From Actinomycetota bacterium (GTDB lineage: Bacteria > Actinomycetota > Humimicrobiia > Humimicrobiales > Humimicrobiaceae), in contig JADBLP010000035.1 of assembly GCA_014894375.1 (NCBI GenBank), positions 1 to 42,331 of the forward strand: a DNA stretch of 42,331 nt, read 5' to 3'. Numbering within the stretch: the first letter of the stretch is position 1; each line of letters begins with the position of its first letter. Position numbers and translations under genes: made by a program. Of this stretch, positions 19,718 to 28,309 are shown piece after piece. Under the pieces are notes generated by a model. The model had not been told where the DNA came from. It worked only from the letters and a program-made list of their open reading frames with translations, and did not search any database.

Positions 19718-19998
19718 TTTTCATAAGCCAATTACAAACTAACATCCAAATTTTCCCATGTACCATTAATATATCATTCGTGCCAATCTTTTCTTTTATC
19801 AGGTTCATGAGTATGGTTTTACTATATCTGCAGGGGCTAAAATTCCTATTATCTTAGAAGGTCCAAACTATTTACTATCTGTATTGTTGTTAATCTGGGT
19901 ATCATAGTATCCGAATTATACATAAAATGGCTATTACTGTTAATTCAAATCAGGCTGGAGTCCTATATACGAAAATAGTAGATAGCCAAATATTAAAA

Positions 19999-20295
19999 TT
20001 ATTGTGTATTTGCCCGGAATTTTTTGTATTTAATTTTTTTAAATGGTAAATCAGTAAGATTACCAGGATTTGATCTATCTTTATATGCATTTGAATCACC
20101 AATTGCAATAACTCCCAACTGTGAAATATTAGCAAATGCATAATTGATATATGTAACTTTTTCTGCAGGGATATTCGATACTTGATAATTTCTGGCGTAT
20201 ACACCCCATGAAATATAATAAGCAATTATTCTGTTTGGCTCTGGTTCAGAGGTTATTATTTTAGTATTTTGTATTTTTGAAATTGAATTTTCTGA
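19999..20295 (-). pseudogene. GH18 chitinase N-terminal remnant
   Basis: stop-to-stop minus frame (absent from the ORF track) translates to RIIAYYISWGVYARNYQVSNIPAEKVTYINYAFANI...IAIGDSNAYKDRSNPG; no in-frame start upstream of the homology and no DxxDxDxE motif. Confidence 0.8.
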
Positions 20296-20368
20296 TTATT
20301 TTTACTAATACTCATTTCTTTTATCTATCATTTAAAGCAGGAAGCAAAATCCCGTAGTTATATAAATT

Positions 20369-20965
20369 GTGGGACAAAGCGCACTTTATACCAAATTTAA
20401 TAGTGAGAGCTTCTCAGAGTATAACCCAAGGGGCAGAACTGTATTACAGACAATATTCAAGGAGCATTTCCAGAAATTTTTCGATCAGTATGAAGAAAAA
20501 TATTCAAATGAATATGGGAAGTTCAGGATAGAAAGAATTACAGAAGTTGTTAAGAAGTTTATAAAATGCGGCGATTATTTTGAAGGTGTTGCGAGAGTAA
20601 GATGCACTAATTCCGATTGCAGCCATGATTATTTTGTACCATTTTCCTGTAAAGGTTTTTATTTATGCCCTTCTTGTCATCAAAAAAGAACATTATTATT
20701 TGGAGAACTTATGACGCAGGAAGTTCTTCTAAATCTTCCACACAGGCAATTTGTTTTTTGCTTGCCAAAATGCCTGCGCATATATTTCAGGCATGATCGA
20801 AGGTGGATTTAATGACGAGGGCGGTTTTGTGTACATACCCATCTCCAGTACAGATAAAATGACTGAAGTTTTCAGAAGGCTTGTAATAAAGCTCTTTGAG
20901 GAAAAAAAACTCATAAGTGAAACGTTTGCCCAAAATTTATTATCATGGAAGAACAGTGGATTTTT
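20369..20965 (+). mobile_element. IS91-family (rolling-circle, Y2) transposase pseudogene, internally deleted and truncated
   Basis: zinc-binding domain (CGDYFEG, RCTNSDC, FSCKGFYLCPSCHQKR, PHRQFVF) joined out of frame to a later segment (EGGF...NLLSWKNSGF); HUH motif and catalytic Tyr region absent. Confidence 0.85.
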
Positions 20966-21119
20966 ACGCTTTTGTGCGATTTTTTTCTCACCGCTGCTTA
21001 ACAGCCGTTATAACTTTTCCTATCATTAATAACAAAATCAAAATCCAGTGCATCAAATTCTTTTATTTTTATTCCATCTTTTGTTTATTAAGCACTGTTT
21101 AAAATTAAAATTATAATTA

Positions 21120-21148
21120 TTGATGATTGACTACAAATTGTATATAAT
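21120..21148 (+). promoter_or_regulatory. sigma70-type promoter of the MNT-HEPN operon
   Basis: TTGATG (21120-21125), 17 nt, TATAAT (21143-21148); AGGAG RBS at 21165-21169. Confidence 0.65.
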
Positions 21149-21165
21149 TGACTACAAAATGTATA
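21126..21165. promoter_or_regulatory. tandem 19-bp palindrome-containing operator pair
   Basis: ATTGACTACAAATTGTATA (21126-21144) and ATTGACTACAAAATGTATA (21147-21165); one mismatch, 21-bp period, each with TACA-N3-TGTA. Confidence 0.7.
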
Positions 21166-21178
21166 GGAGAAGTAATTT

Positions 21179-21766
21179 ATGCTAAATAAACTTTTTTCTT
21201 CAAAAACAAGGGTTGAAATTTTAAAATTATTCTTATTTAATACTAATAACAGCTTCTATCAACGGCAAATCTCTAATCTTACGGCTCAGTCTATAAGAGG
21301 TGTGCAGCGTGAAGTTGATAAACTCAATAGAATAGGTCTTATTGAAAGATCAATCCAGGGTAATAGAATTTATTATAAGGTAAACAAGGAATGCCCAATA
21401 GTTGAAGATTTAAAAAATATTTTCTTTAAAAGTGTAGGAATTGCAGAAGTCTTAAAGGACAATTTTAAAGAAAAAGGGATCAAAGTTGCATTTATCTATG
21501 GTTCTTATGCAAGGGGAGAAGAAAGTCTTTTAAGTGATATTGATTTAATGGTTTTAGGCGATATCTCATTAAAAGAACTATCAAGTATTCTTTCTAAACC
21601 TAAGAAGGAACTAATGAGGGAGATTAATTATGCTGTATTTTCATTAAACGAGTTTATAAATAAAGCTATGCGAAAAGATCATTTTATAAATTCTGTGTTA
21701 AAAGATAAGAAAATATATATTATAGGAAGTGAGGATGAACTTAAAAGACTTATTAAATCAAGGTAG
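21179..21766 (+). CDS. winged-helix + minimal nucleotidyltransferase (MNT) protein, putative antitoxin/autoregulator
   Basis: N-terminal wHTH (LFSSKTRVEIL...VQREVDKL...GNRIYY); pol-beta motif YGSYARGEESLLSDIDL. Confidence 0.88.
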   Translation: MLNKLFSSKTRVEILKLFLFNTNNSFYQRQISNLTAQSIRGVQREVDKLNRIGLIERSIQGNRIYYKVNKECPIVEDLKNIFFKSVGIAEVLKDNFKEKGIKVAFIYGSYARGEESLLSDIDLMVLGDISLKELSSILSKPKKELMREINYAVFSLNEFINKAMRKDHFINSVLKDKKIYIIGSEDELKRLIKSR

Positions 21767-22172
21767 ATTAAGGCAACATAAAACATCAAAGAAAGAAATT
21801 GAAAACCTGCTTGCACTTGTAAGAAGAGATATAATAGATGCAAAAGTAAAAGGGCTTTCTTCAGATAGAAGATTTGCTTGTGCTTATAATGCTGTTCTGC
21901 AGTTAGCTACGATTCTTCTCTATTGTAAGGGATATGAGCCAGAGGGATCAGGTCATCACTTTGCAGTATTTCAAGCAATGAAGATAATAATGGGAACTGA
22001 TTATTATACATTGGCAGATTATTTTGATTCCTGTCGGTCAAAGAGAAATATAACTGATTATGATTATGCAGGAGGAATTTCAGATTCAGAAGCTGAAGAA
22101 TTGATTAAGGATGCAGAGAGATTTTTAGAAGCAACTCTTAATTGGCTTAGGAAGAATTATACAGTATTTTAA
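21735..22172 (+). CDS. HEPN-domain protein, putative toxin partner of the MNT
   Basis: helical ~145 aa, AYNA, GHH, RSKRNITDY; overlaps the MNT gene end; ATG 21735 follows AGGAAG. Confidence 0.8.
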   Translation: MNLKDLLNQGRLRQHKTSKKEIENLLALVRRDIIDAKVKGLSSDRRFACAYNAVLQLATILLYCKGYEPEGSGHHFAVFQAMKIIMGTDYYTLADYFDSCRSKRNITDYDYAGGISDSEAEELIKDAERFLEATLNWLRKNYTVF

Positions 22173-22577
22173 TTCTTTAGATCTTAGAAAATTTATTCCA
22201 AGCGTTCCGAGGCTGACTGCGTATGGCTCTTTTTTATTCGAAATGTTTTCTTAAATCTAATATTTTATTGTATGTTATATGAAATTTATTGAACTTTGAT
22301 CAGTATTAAATCATTTTAATTCTAACAAATTTCCTTAAATATACAAAACTTACCTTAAATTGTAGAAGTTATTAAAAAGGCATTTTTTCTTTTAAGACAG
22401 AATCAATAATTTTATAAATCATTTGAAGCTATTCTATAATTATCATATTATTGTTAAAATAAAGCGGTAGAAAATTTTCCATTAGATTAGGATATATAAG
22501 AGCAGTTTTAGATTATCTATTATAAAAATATAATATGGTTTAAATAAAATATAAGCATTGAATGAAAGGATGTTATT

Positions 22578-23468
22578 TTGGCAAGGTGGAGTGCAGGTAA
22601 AATAGTCGGTATTACTTTTCTTTGTATCTTTGTACTGTTTATGTTTTCCGGGGGTTGTTTTTTTATAGGGCTGTTTAGCGGGAGTTTTGGCAGAACTGCT
22701 TATAATGTGGGTGAATCGGTTTATGAAATCCGCCTGGAGGGTGTAATTTCCGGTGAAAAATTTTCAAGCCTACTCAGCGGGGAAACAGTTACTCCTGAAG
22801 AAATAATCGGTCAGCTGGATGAAGCAGACAAGAACCCAAATGTAAAGGCAATCCTGCTTAGGGTAAACAGTCCGGGTGGAAGCCCTGCCGCTTCACAGGA
22901 AATATATGAAGAGATTAAAAAAATGGAAAAGCCGGTTGTAGTTTCAGTCAGTGATACCTGCGCATCCGGAGCTTATTATGTAGCAAGTGCAGCTGACAGG
23001 ATAATTGCAAACAGGTCTTCTTCAGTTGGCAGCATCGGGGTAATAATGCAAATTCCTAATTACGAGGACTTGTATGAAAAATTGGGATTAAAATATACCA
23101 CTATAAAGCAAGGGAAGTATAAAGATATAGGAAGCCCAGACAGGCCACTTACCAAAGAAGAAATGAAATTACTTGAAGCCCAGCTTAAAGAGATTTACAG
23201 GCAGTTTATCTCTGATGTTGCTGAAGCCAGAAGTATGGACGTAAGTGAAGTGGAAGAGCTTGCTACAGGATGGGTTTTTCTGGGAACAGAAGCTTTAGAA
23301 CTGGGTCTGATTGACGACATTGGAAACTACAAAGATGCAATAAATATAGCGGCAGAATTAGGCGGAATTAAAGGTGAACCCATTGTCATAAGACAGAAAA
23401 TCAGCTATTCCCTTATGGATTTAATTTTAGGTTATTATCTTAATTCAGCTATCGGGAAGATATTTTAA
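22578..23468 (+). CDS. sppA: signal peptide peptidase SppA (S49, 36K type)
   Basis: N-terminal TM, LRVNSPGGS, ASGAYYVAS, VGSIGV, GKYKD. Confidence 0.93.
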   Translation: MARWSAGKIVGITFLCIFVLFMFSGGCFFIGLFSGSFGRTAYNVGESVYEIRLEGVISGEKFSSLLSGETVTPEEIIGQLDEADKNPNVKAILLRVNSPGGSPAASQEIYEEIKKMEKPVVVSVSDTCASGAYYVASAADRIIANRSSSVGSIGVIMQIPNYEDLYEKLGLKYTTIKQGKYKDIGSPDRPLTKEEMKLLEAQLKEIYRQFISDVAEARSMDVSEVEELATGWVFLGTEALELGLIDDIGNYKDAINIAAELGGIKGEPIVIRQKISYSLMDLILGYYLNSAIGKIF

Positions 23469-23507
23469 CAGGATTTTTAAAGAGCAGGCTTAATGGAGCT
23501 GGTTTTA

Positions 23508-23535
23508 TTGACACACCTGGTTTTGTTGTTACAAT
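23508..23535 (+). promoter_or_regulatory. sigma70-type promoter of the V/A-ATPase operon
   Basis: TTGACA (23508-23513), 16 nt, extended -10 TGtTACAAT. Confidence 0.65.
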
Positions 23536-23568
23536 ACTACAGGTTTTTAAATAATATTTTTTTAAAAA

Positions 23569-23880
23569 ATGATTGATAACATCATTAATCAAATAAAAGA
23601 AACCGAGAAGAAAGCAAAAGAGATTGTAGCCTCATCCAAAAAGGAATCTACAGAGATTATTGAGGAAGCATACAGGGAAGCAGCAAAAATCCTAAAAGAA
23701 GTCGAAAAAGAAGTAAAGGTTATGTACATAGAAGCTGAAAATAAGGCAAAACGTGATGCAGGCAAAGAAGCTGCAAGACTGGAGAAAGATTTTGACAGGA
23801 GGCTGGCAGAAATAAAGGATATTTCCAAAGCTAACCAGGAAAAAGCTATTGAAAAAATTATTCAAAGGATTGTAGGTTAA
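23569..23880 (+). CDS. V/A-type ATPase peripheral stalk subunit G/H
   Basis: 103-aa charged coiled coil (IKETEKKAKEIV); first gene of the operon, overlapping the subunit I start. Confidence 0.8.
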   Translation: MIDNIINQIKETEKKAKEIVASSKKESTEIIEEAYREAAKILKEVEKEVKVMYIEAENKAKRDAGKEAARLEKDFDRRLAEIKDISKANQEKAIEKIIQRIVG

Positions 23881-25874
23881 TGGCAGTTGCTAAATTAAGT
23901 AAACTTTTTATTATTTCACATAAATCCGATACAGAGACTGTTCTTAAAAAATTACAAAAAATTCCAATTACTGTTGAAGTAAAACCACATACGGACAAAA
24001 TCGATTTAGAGATCCCAGTTTCAGATACAAGTCCGGAGTACATTACCAGGGCTAAAAGGGCTCTGGATATTCTTAATGATTCTAAAGACGAAAAGCTAAA
24101 AAAGATTGTCTCCAGAACGGGCAAACTGGTAATTAAAAGAAGCGAATATGAAAAGATCCTGGAGAGCACAAACTTTGAAGGAATAGTAGATAATATTTTA
24201 GACATTGAAGATGAAATGGAGAATCTGGATGCAGAGATTACCGATATGGAACTAAGAACCAGTCAACTGAATGTATGGTCCTGTTACAGAGGTAATCTTG
24301 AGGATATAGCGGCTGGTGATGTCTATACTATAAAATTGGGGATTATTGAATGCGAGGAATATGATTTTGAAGAAATTGTGAAAAACCTGGATGAAAATAA
24401 AATTTCCTGCGAGAAATTGTCTGGAGATAGAGATGTTACATACGTAATTCTAGCCTATCATAACCAGTATAAGAAGGGTGCGGAAGAATATCTGGCCAGT
24501 ATTTCCTTTGAGGAGGCAGAAATAACCGGTTATAAGGGCACCATTAGCGAGAATTTAAATAAAATTAAAAAAAGTATTGACCTGAACAGAAATAGAAAAA
24601 AATACTTACTGGCTGAAATAAGGAAAATATCCCGGGGATATGAAAAACCTCTGACGGTTTTTCTTGATTACATTGAAAATAATCTGGAGATTGAAGAGGC
24701 TATAGAATCCGGGTTTTCTACAGATTCTGTTTCTTTTCACACCGCATGGGTAAAGAAAGCAGATAAGAAAAAAATCATTTCTATAATTGAGAGTTTTAAA
24801 TCCACCAGAGTGATAGAGATTCAACCGGATGAAGATGAAAATATTCCTGTTATCCTGGAGAATAAACCGTTATTCAGGCCATTTGAGATGGTGGTGGAAC
24901 TTTATGGAGTTCCGAGATATTTTGAGATTGATCCTACCCCATTTGTTTCATTGTTTTTCGCTATGTTCTTTGGTCTTTGCTTAACGGATGCAGGATACGG
25001 ATTTATAATTGCGATTCTTGCCTTGATTTTCGCTTTCAGGATGAGGAACATTAAAAAATTCCTTATGCTGATTTTTATCGGAGCAATTTTTGCCGTATTT
25101 GCCGGAACTCTTTTTAACGGATGGTTTGGTGATTTACCCAGGTATTTAGGTATTGATGGATTTTTCTCAAAATTAGCAATTCTGGGTGATCCAATTAATT
25201 CCAATGAGGGATCCATGAACTTTTTTAGATTGGCACTGATTCTGGGAGTAATCCATGTCGTTTTTGGACTGTTTATCAAATTTTTTGACTGCCTGAGGCG
25301 GAAGGATTGGGGAGGTGCATTTCTGGATGGGCTTCCCTGGATAGTTATAGTCTTGTCACTTATAGCAATTCTGCTTTCATCCAGGATGGCGGTAAGCATG
25401 CAGCTGGTTTCTGAACCGCCTTTCCCTGCAGGTATATTAAAAATTCTCCTGTGGCCCATACTGGCCGGTGCTGTGGTTATTATTTTATTTGGAGCAAGAA
25501 ATGAGAAGAGCTGGGGATTCAGGATATTTATAGGATTTTTAAACCTGACTATAGTTAATGGACTGACCTCATTTTTAGGTGATTTTCTTTCATATCTCAG
25601 GCTTATGGCTCTGGGAATGGTGACTGCGGGTATCGGAGTGGCTGTTAATAAAATAGCATTTCAGTTTCTCTCAATTCCGGTTGCCGGAATTGTACTTCTG
25701 GTTATAATTTTTATATTTGGACATATTTTCAATATAGGAATTAATGTTCTTGGTGGTTTCATTCATACACTAAGGCTTCAATATGTCGAATTCTTCCCAA
25801 AGTTTTATGTAGGTGGTGGAAGACCGTTTGAAGCTTTAAAGGATGAACATAAATATATAACAATAGTTGATTAG
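23880..25874 (+). CDS. ntpI: V/A-type ATPase subunit I (a)
   Basis: YGVPRYFEIDPT, DAGYG, SYLRLMALG, IHTLRLQYVEFF. Confidence 0.95.
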   Translation: MAVAKLSKLFIISHKSDTETVLKKLQKIPITVEVKPHTDKIDLEIPVSDTSPEYITRAKRALDILNDSKDEKLKKIVSRTGKLVIKRSEYEKILESTNFEGIVDNILDIEDEMENLDAEITDMELRTSQLNVWSCYRGNLEDIAAGDVYTIKLGIIECEEYDFEEIVKNLDENKISCEKLSGDRDVTYVILAYHNQYKKGAEEYLASISFEEAEITGYKGTISENLNKIKKSIDLNRNRKKYLLAEIRKISRGYEKPLTVFLDYIENNLEIEEAIESGFSTDSVSFHTAWVKKADKKKIISIIESFKSTRVIEIQPDEDENIPVILENKPLFRPFEMVVELYGVPRYFEIDPTPFVSLFFAMFFGLCLTDAGYGFIIAILALIFAFRMRNIKKFLMLIFIGAIFAVFAGTLFNGWFGDLPRYLGIDGFFSKLAILGDPINSNEGSMNFFRLALILGVIHVVFGLFIKFFDCLRRKDWGGAFLDGLPWIVIVLSLIAILLSSRMAVSMQLVSEPPFPAGILKILLWPILAGAVVIILFGARNEKSWGFRIFIGFLNLTIVNGLTSFLGDFLSYLRLMALGMVTAGIGVAVNKIAFQFLSIPVAGIVLLVIIFIFGHIFNIGINVLGGFIHTLRLQYVEFFPKFYVGGGRPFEALKDEHKYITIVD

Positions 25875-25888
25875 CAATAGGAGGAAAA

Positions 25889-26353
25889 ATGTCAGATTTA
25901 TCTCTTGGTGTAATAATGGCAATGTTTGGAGCAGGACTGGCAGTTATTTTGGCCGGGATTGGGTCATCTGTAGGAATTGGCTATCCTGCAAGAGCTGCCG
26001 CGGGAGTTCTTTCAGAGGATCCTACCCTGTTTGGAAGTATGTTTTTACTAGTAGTACTTCCGGGCACACAGGGATTCTATGGAATTGTTGCTGCTTTTCT
26101 GATTATTGGAAAAATTTCCAGTGTGGAAACTCTGGCGCAGGGGATGCAATTATTTTTTGCTGCGCTGCCTGTTGCATTTGCAGGACTGGTTTCAGGCATA
26201 TATCAGGGAAAAGTATGTGCAGCCGGTATCAATCTAGTGGCTAAAAGAGCCAAAGAAGCTATGAAGGGAGTTATTTATGCAGCAATGATAGAAACATATG
26301 CAGTACTGGGACTTCTTATAACTTTCTTTCTTAATAATTTGGTTAAATTTTAA
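25889..26353 (+). CDS. ntpK: V/A-type ATPase proteolipid subunit K (c), 4-TM, Na+ signature
   Basis: LPGTQGFYG, GIYQG, IETYA. Confidence 0.95.
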   Translation: MSDLSLGVIMAMFGAGLAVILAGIGSSVGIGYPARAAAGVLSEDPTLFGSMFLLVVLPGTQGFYGIVAAFLIIGKISSVETLAQGMQLFFAALPVAFAGLVSGIYQGKVCAAGINLVAKRAKEAMKGVIYAAMIETYAVLGLLITFFLNNLVKF

Positions 26354-26365
26354 CAGGTGGAAAAT

Positions 26366-26938
26366 ATGGCGGAATTAGATAATGTTTCCAAAAAAGTTCT
26401 GGATGATGCGGGGAAAGAGAGAGATAAGATACTAGGTGAAGCCAGAAAGAAAGCGTCAGAAGTAATAGAAAAGGCTGAAAGAAAGGCAAAAGAGATACAC
26501 CGCAGTGGAAAGCTGAGAGCATTGGAAAGGTATAAGGAAGTTTTAAATATTGAAGTATCCAGGGCTAAATCGGAATTAAATCAAAAGATACTTATGTATA
26601 AAATTAGCCTGGTTGACGATGCTATTGACAGGGCAAGGGGAAAGCTTACCGGCCTTGGTAAGAAAGATTATGAAAAATTCCTTAAAAAAACTTTTAAGGT
26701 GTTAAATATTGATGGGGGCTACTATCAGATTGGAAGCGAGGAAACAAATATTGATAGTAAGATGATTGAATCTATTGCGGATTTTAAAAAAGCAGACGGG
26801 AAACTGGATTTTAAAAAAGGCATCAGGATAATTAAAGGAAAAGCAGAATATAATATAGATCCTGATATTTTAATTGATTCAAATATTGATGATATCAGGA
26901 TGGATGTGGCATTATATCTATTTGGCAGGGAGAAGTAA
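26366..26938 (+). CDS. ntpE: V/A-type ATPase subunit E
   Basis: N-terminal coiled coil, operon position after K; alternative start GTG 26357. Confidence 0.82.
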   Translation: MAELDNVSKKVLDDAGKERDKILGEARKKASEVIEKAERKAKEIHRSGKLRALERYKEVLNIEVSRAKSELNQKILMYKISLVDDAIDRARGKLTGLGKKDYEKFLKKTFKVLNIDGGYYQIGSEETNIDSKMIESIADFKKADGKLDFKKGIRIIKGKAEYNIDPDILIDSNIDDIRMDVALYLFGREK

Positions 26939-26941
26939 TAA

Positions 26942-27958
26942 TTGATACGGATAGATTATGATATTAGCGACGACAGCTATTACCTTTTTACATGTGCAGA
27001 ACTCAAGACAAGGGAAGTTGAATTTCTGGAGGAAAATAGAATTGAGATGATGCTCAGATCCGGGGGACCGGATGAATTTATTAGAGCACTGCGAGATACG
27101 GTTTATTCCAGATATGTAAATGATATAGAGAGATCCAGAAGCTTTGAAAAGGTTATACTAAGTGAATATAAGGTTGCTGTAAATTTTTTAGGTGGTAGTT
27201 TAAAACCCGGACATCAGGCCGTAAAAGATCTTCTTTTTCTTGAAGAAAACCTGCATAACTTAAAGGTAATTATTAAGTCAATTATTATGGATATGGATTT
27301 AGAAAGACTTTTTATTCCCATATTACACTCATATTACACGCTGAGGAATGCTGCTGTGACCGGAAATTATAAAGAAGTTGAACCGCCAGTTTCCGGGTTG
27401 CTACAGTTTGCGGTGGAACTTATGGGCAGGCAGAAAAATTACAGGTTTTTGGAACTTGAACTTGAGAAATTTTATTTGAGAAAGGTTTTAAGTTCTACCA
27501 GGAACCTGAACAGCAGACTGATTACAGATTATTTAAGACATATTATAGATATACTGAATATAAAAAACATTTATAGGAATAAGCATCTGGCAGAGGATTT
27601 AAGTTTTGATTATTTTTTACATGAAAATGGATTTCTGTCAAAAGAATTTATGTCCAAATTTGAGGGCGAGAGCCTGGACTTTTTTGTAAAGGAAATGGAA
27701 CGGACAGATTATGCAGATATAGTGATTAAGGGAGCTTATGCCATGCATTCTGAAGGTACATTTTCTTCCTTTGAAAAAAGCGAGGACTTATTTTATCTTG
27801 ATTTTTTTGATCCTGTAAAATATACAGTTTCCAATCTGGAAAAAGTTTTTCAATTTTTTTTAAGGAAAAAATTAGAGCTAAAGTATTTAAGTATTATATT
27901 TACCGGCGTTCTTTATGGTGTTGATAAAAGTAAAATAAGAAATAAGGTAAAGGTTTAA
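26942..27958 (+). CDS. ntpC: V/A-type ATPase subunit C (d)
   Basis: LRDTVY, LHNLKVIIK, IDILNIKNIYR; size and operon position. Confidence 0.85.
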   Translation: MIRIDYDISDDSYYLFTCAELKTREVEFLEENRIEMMLRSGGPDEFIRALRDTVYSRYVNDIERSRSFEKVILSEYKVAVNFLGGSLKPGHQAVKDLLFLEENLHNLKVIIKSIIMDMDLERLFIPILHSYYTLRNAAVTGNYKEVEPPVSGLLQFAVELMGRQKNYRFLELELEKFYLRKVLSSTRNLNSRLITDYLRHIIDILNIKNIYRNKHLAEDLSFDYFLHENGFLSKEFMSKFEGESLDFFVKEMERTDYADIVIKGAYAMHSEGTFSSFEKSEDLFYLDFFDPVKYTVSNLEKVFQFFLRKKLELKYLSIIFTGVLYGVDKSKIRNKVKV

Positions 27959-28309
27959 ATGGGTACCAGGATTGCTGCATTTGGAGAAAATGACATTATG
28001 TTGATATTTAAAGCGGTAGGGATTGATGTTTTTCCTGTGACCGCTGGAATTGAAGAAACCTCAGAAGCAGAAAAAAAGCTAAGGCAGCTGGTACGGGAAG
28101 GTTATGGAATTATTTTTATGACTGAAACTATCGCATTAAAATTAGATCAGTTAATCAAAGAATACGCAGATGAAATACTGCCTTCGATAGTGGTGATCCC
28201 GGGGCTGGGAGAAAGAAATAATTATGCGGTCAAAAATTTAAGAAGAGCAATAATAAAAGCTGTGGGGGCAGATATTATGGCAGAGGGAAAAATAGGAGCA
28301 AGTAAATGA
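27959..28309 (+). CDS. ntpF: V/A-type ATPase subunit F
   Basis: [27 protein letters not shown]. Confidence 0.92.
   Translation: MGTRIAAFGENDIMLIFKAVGIDVFPVTAGIEETSEAEKKLRQLVREGYGIIFMTETIALKLDQLIKEYADEILPSIVVIPGLGERNNYAVKNLRRAIIKAVGADIMAEGKIGASK

Noticed and set aside
19718-19998. Further protein-like fragments on the minus strand downstream of the chitinase remnant
   Set aside because: Interrupted by stops and not assignable to any family by eye.
19950-20225. 91-aa minus-strand ORF in the track
   Set aside because: It is a shifted frame of the chitinase remnant with no motif of its own.
20917-21102. 61-aa plus-strand ORF
   Set aside because: Out-of-frame overlap of the IS91 remnant and junction DNA.
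24902-25459. 185-aa antisense ORF, plus the other short ORFs nested in known genes (e.g. 25867-26244, 30020-30418, 30434-30823)
   Set aside because: Shadow ORFs inside well-conserved genes, with no independent coding signals.
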